A stretch of 64,000 nt of DNA, from contig MU626307.1 of the NCBI GenBank assembly GCA_025603075.1, positions 1 through 64,000 on the forward strand, in the 5' to 3' direction. Below are positions 63,493 through 64,000 of the stretch, one piece after another; the stretch's first letter is position 1, and each line of letters opens with the position of its first letter. The position numbers and the translations under genes were made by a program. Under the pieces are notes generated by a model, which did not search any database, had not been told where the DNA came from, and worked only from the letters and a program-made list of their open reading frames with translations. Origin of the DNA: Neoconidiobolus thromboides FSU 785. Taxonomy: Eukaryota > Fungi > Entomophthoromycota.

Positions 63493-64000
63493 ATGAAATT
63501 ATCCAAACTTTCTTTTTTCATTGTGCAGGTCACATGGATTATCGCTAGAAAAAGTTACAATGATGGCGATGACTGCCCAGCTTCAGGAGAAAAATGTGCT
63601 TATGATGGGGGCTCTTACCAACTAAGGGACTATGGCACCCCTCCATGCTGGAGCGCTGTCGATAAAGAATGGAAGTGCAAACCTAGAGTAAATGAATCGA
63701 ACTGTCCAGAGGGATTTATAGATGTTGAAGACACATGTGGTTTTGATCCTCTTCCTCCACCACAATGTCCTTTACCTGATGATAATTGCAAATTGGAAGG
63801 CAACATATTTATTGCCAAAAATGCAAGTAAGAAAGAAGACGATTTCCCTTACTGTTGGAATAAAAATCCTGATAATACATGGTCCTGTAAAAGTAGCTCG
63901 GCAGAATGCGATATCAATGGCAAGGATTTAAGAGAATGTTTCAAACTAAAACCTGTTTGTCCAAAACTCCCAACAGAAACATGTCGCTTTGGTTTAACGC
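63493..64000 (+). CDS. Secreted cysteine-rich repeat protein (3' partial; absent from ORF track)
   Basis: Open frame from ATG 63493 to the window end: signal-like MKLSKLSFFIVQVTWIIA, then two six-Cys modules and the start of a third. Confidence 0.8.
   Translation, partial: MKLSKLSFFIVQVTWIIARKSYNDGDDCPASGEKCAYDGGSYQLRDYGTPPCWSAVDKEWKCKPRVNESNCPEGFIDVEDTCGFDPLPPPQCPLPDDNCKLEGNIFIAKNASKKEDDFPYCWNKNPDNTWSCKSSSAECDINGKDLRECFKLKPVCPKLPTETCRFGLT

Overview
AT-rich eukaryotic DNA with many short (about 45-55 nt) GT-AG introns, so the ORF track fragments most genes. Gene content and intron style suggest an early-diverging (zygomycete-type) fungus; this is inference. Recognisable genes in order: decayed ABCC/Ybt1-like transporter pseudogene, UTP7, PFS2/WDR33, an MLKL-like 4-helix-bundle + pseudokinase + Sel1 protein, ULP1, FAB1, ARO2, a large protein with a possible INTS13/Asunder-like N-terminus and a long disordered tail, an orphan, a Ufd1-like/zinc-finger/AZUL protein, a NELF-B (COBRA1) homologue, a divergent HORMA gene, a highly expressed small conserved protein, U2AF1, NTE1, a second divergent HORMA (Mad2-like) gene absent from the ORF track, EPL1, NOP2, and a secreted Cys-repeat protein running off the end. 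A ~100-bp palindromic MITE-like element occurs 16 times, including a perfect 59-bp fold-back. Main leads: (1) an MLKL-like pseudokinase carrying the GFE motif; (2) two very divergent HORMA genes with the same intron architecture; (3) metazoan-type Pol II pausing factors (NELF-B, possibly INTS13); (4) the MITE fold-back derivatives; (5) a long U2AF1 intron packed with unproductive 3' splice sites. All homology calls are by-eye comparisons with remembered reference sequences; no search was run. No rRNA, tRNA or CRISPR array was seen.
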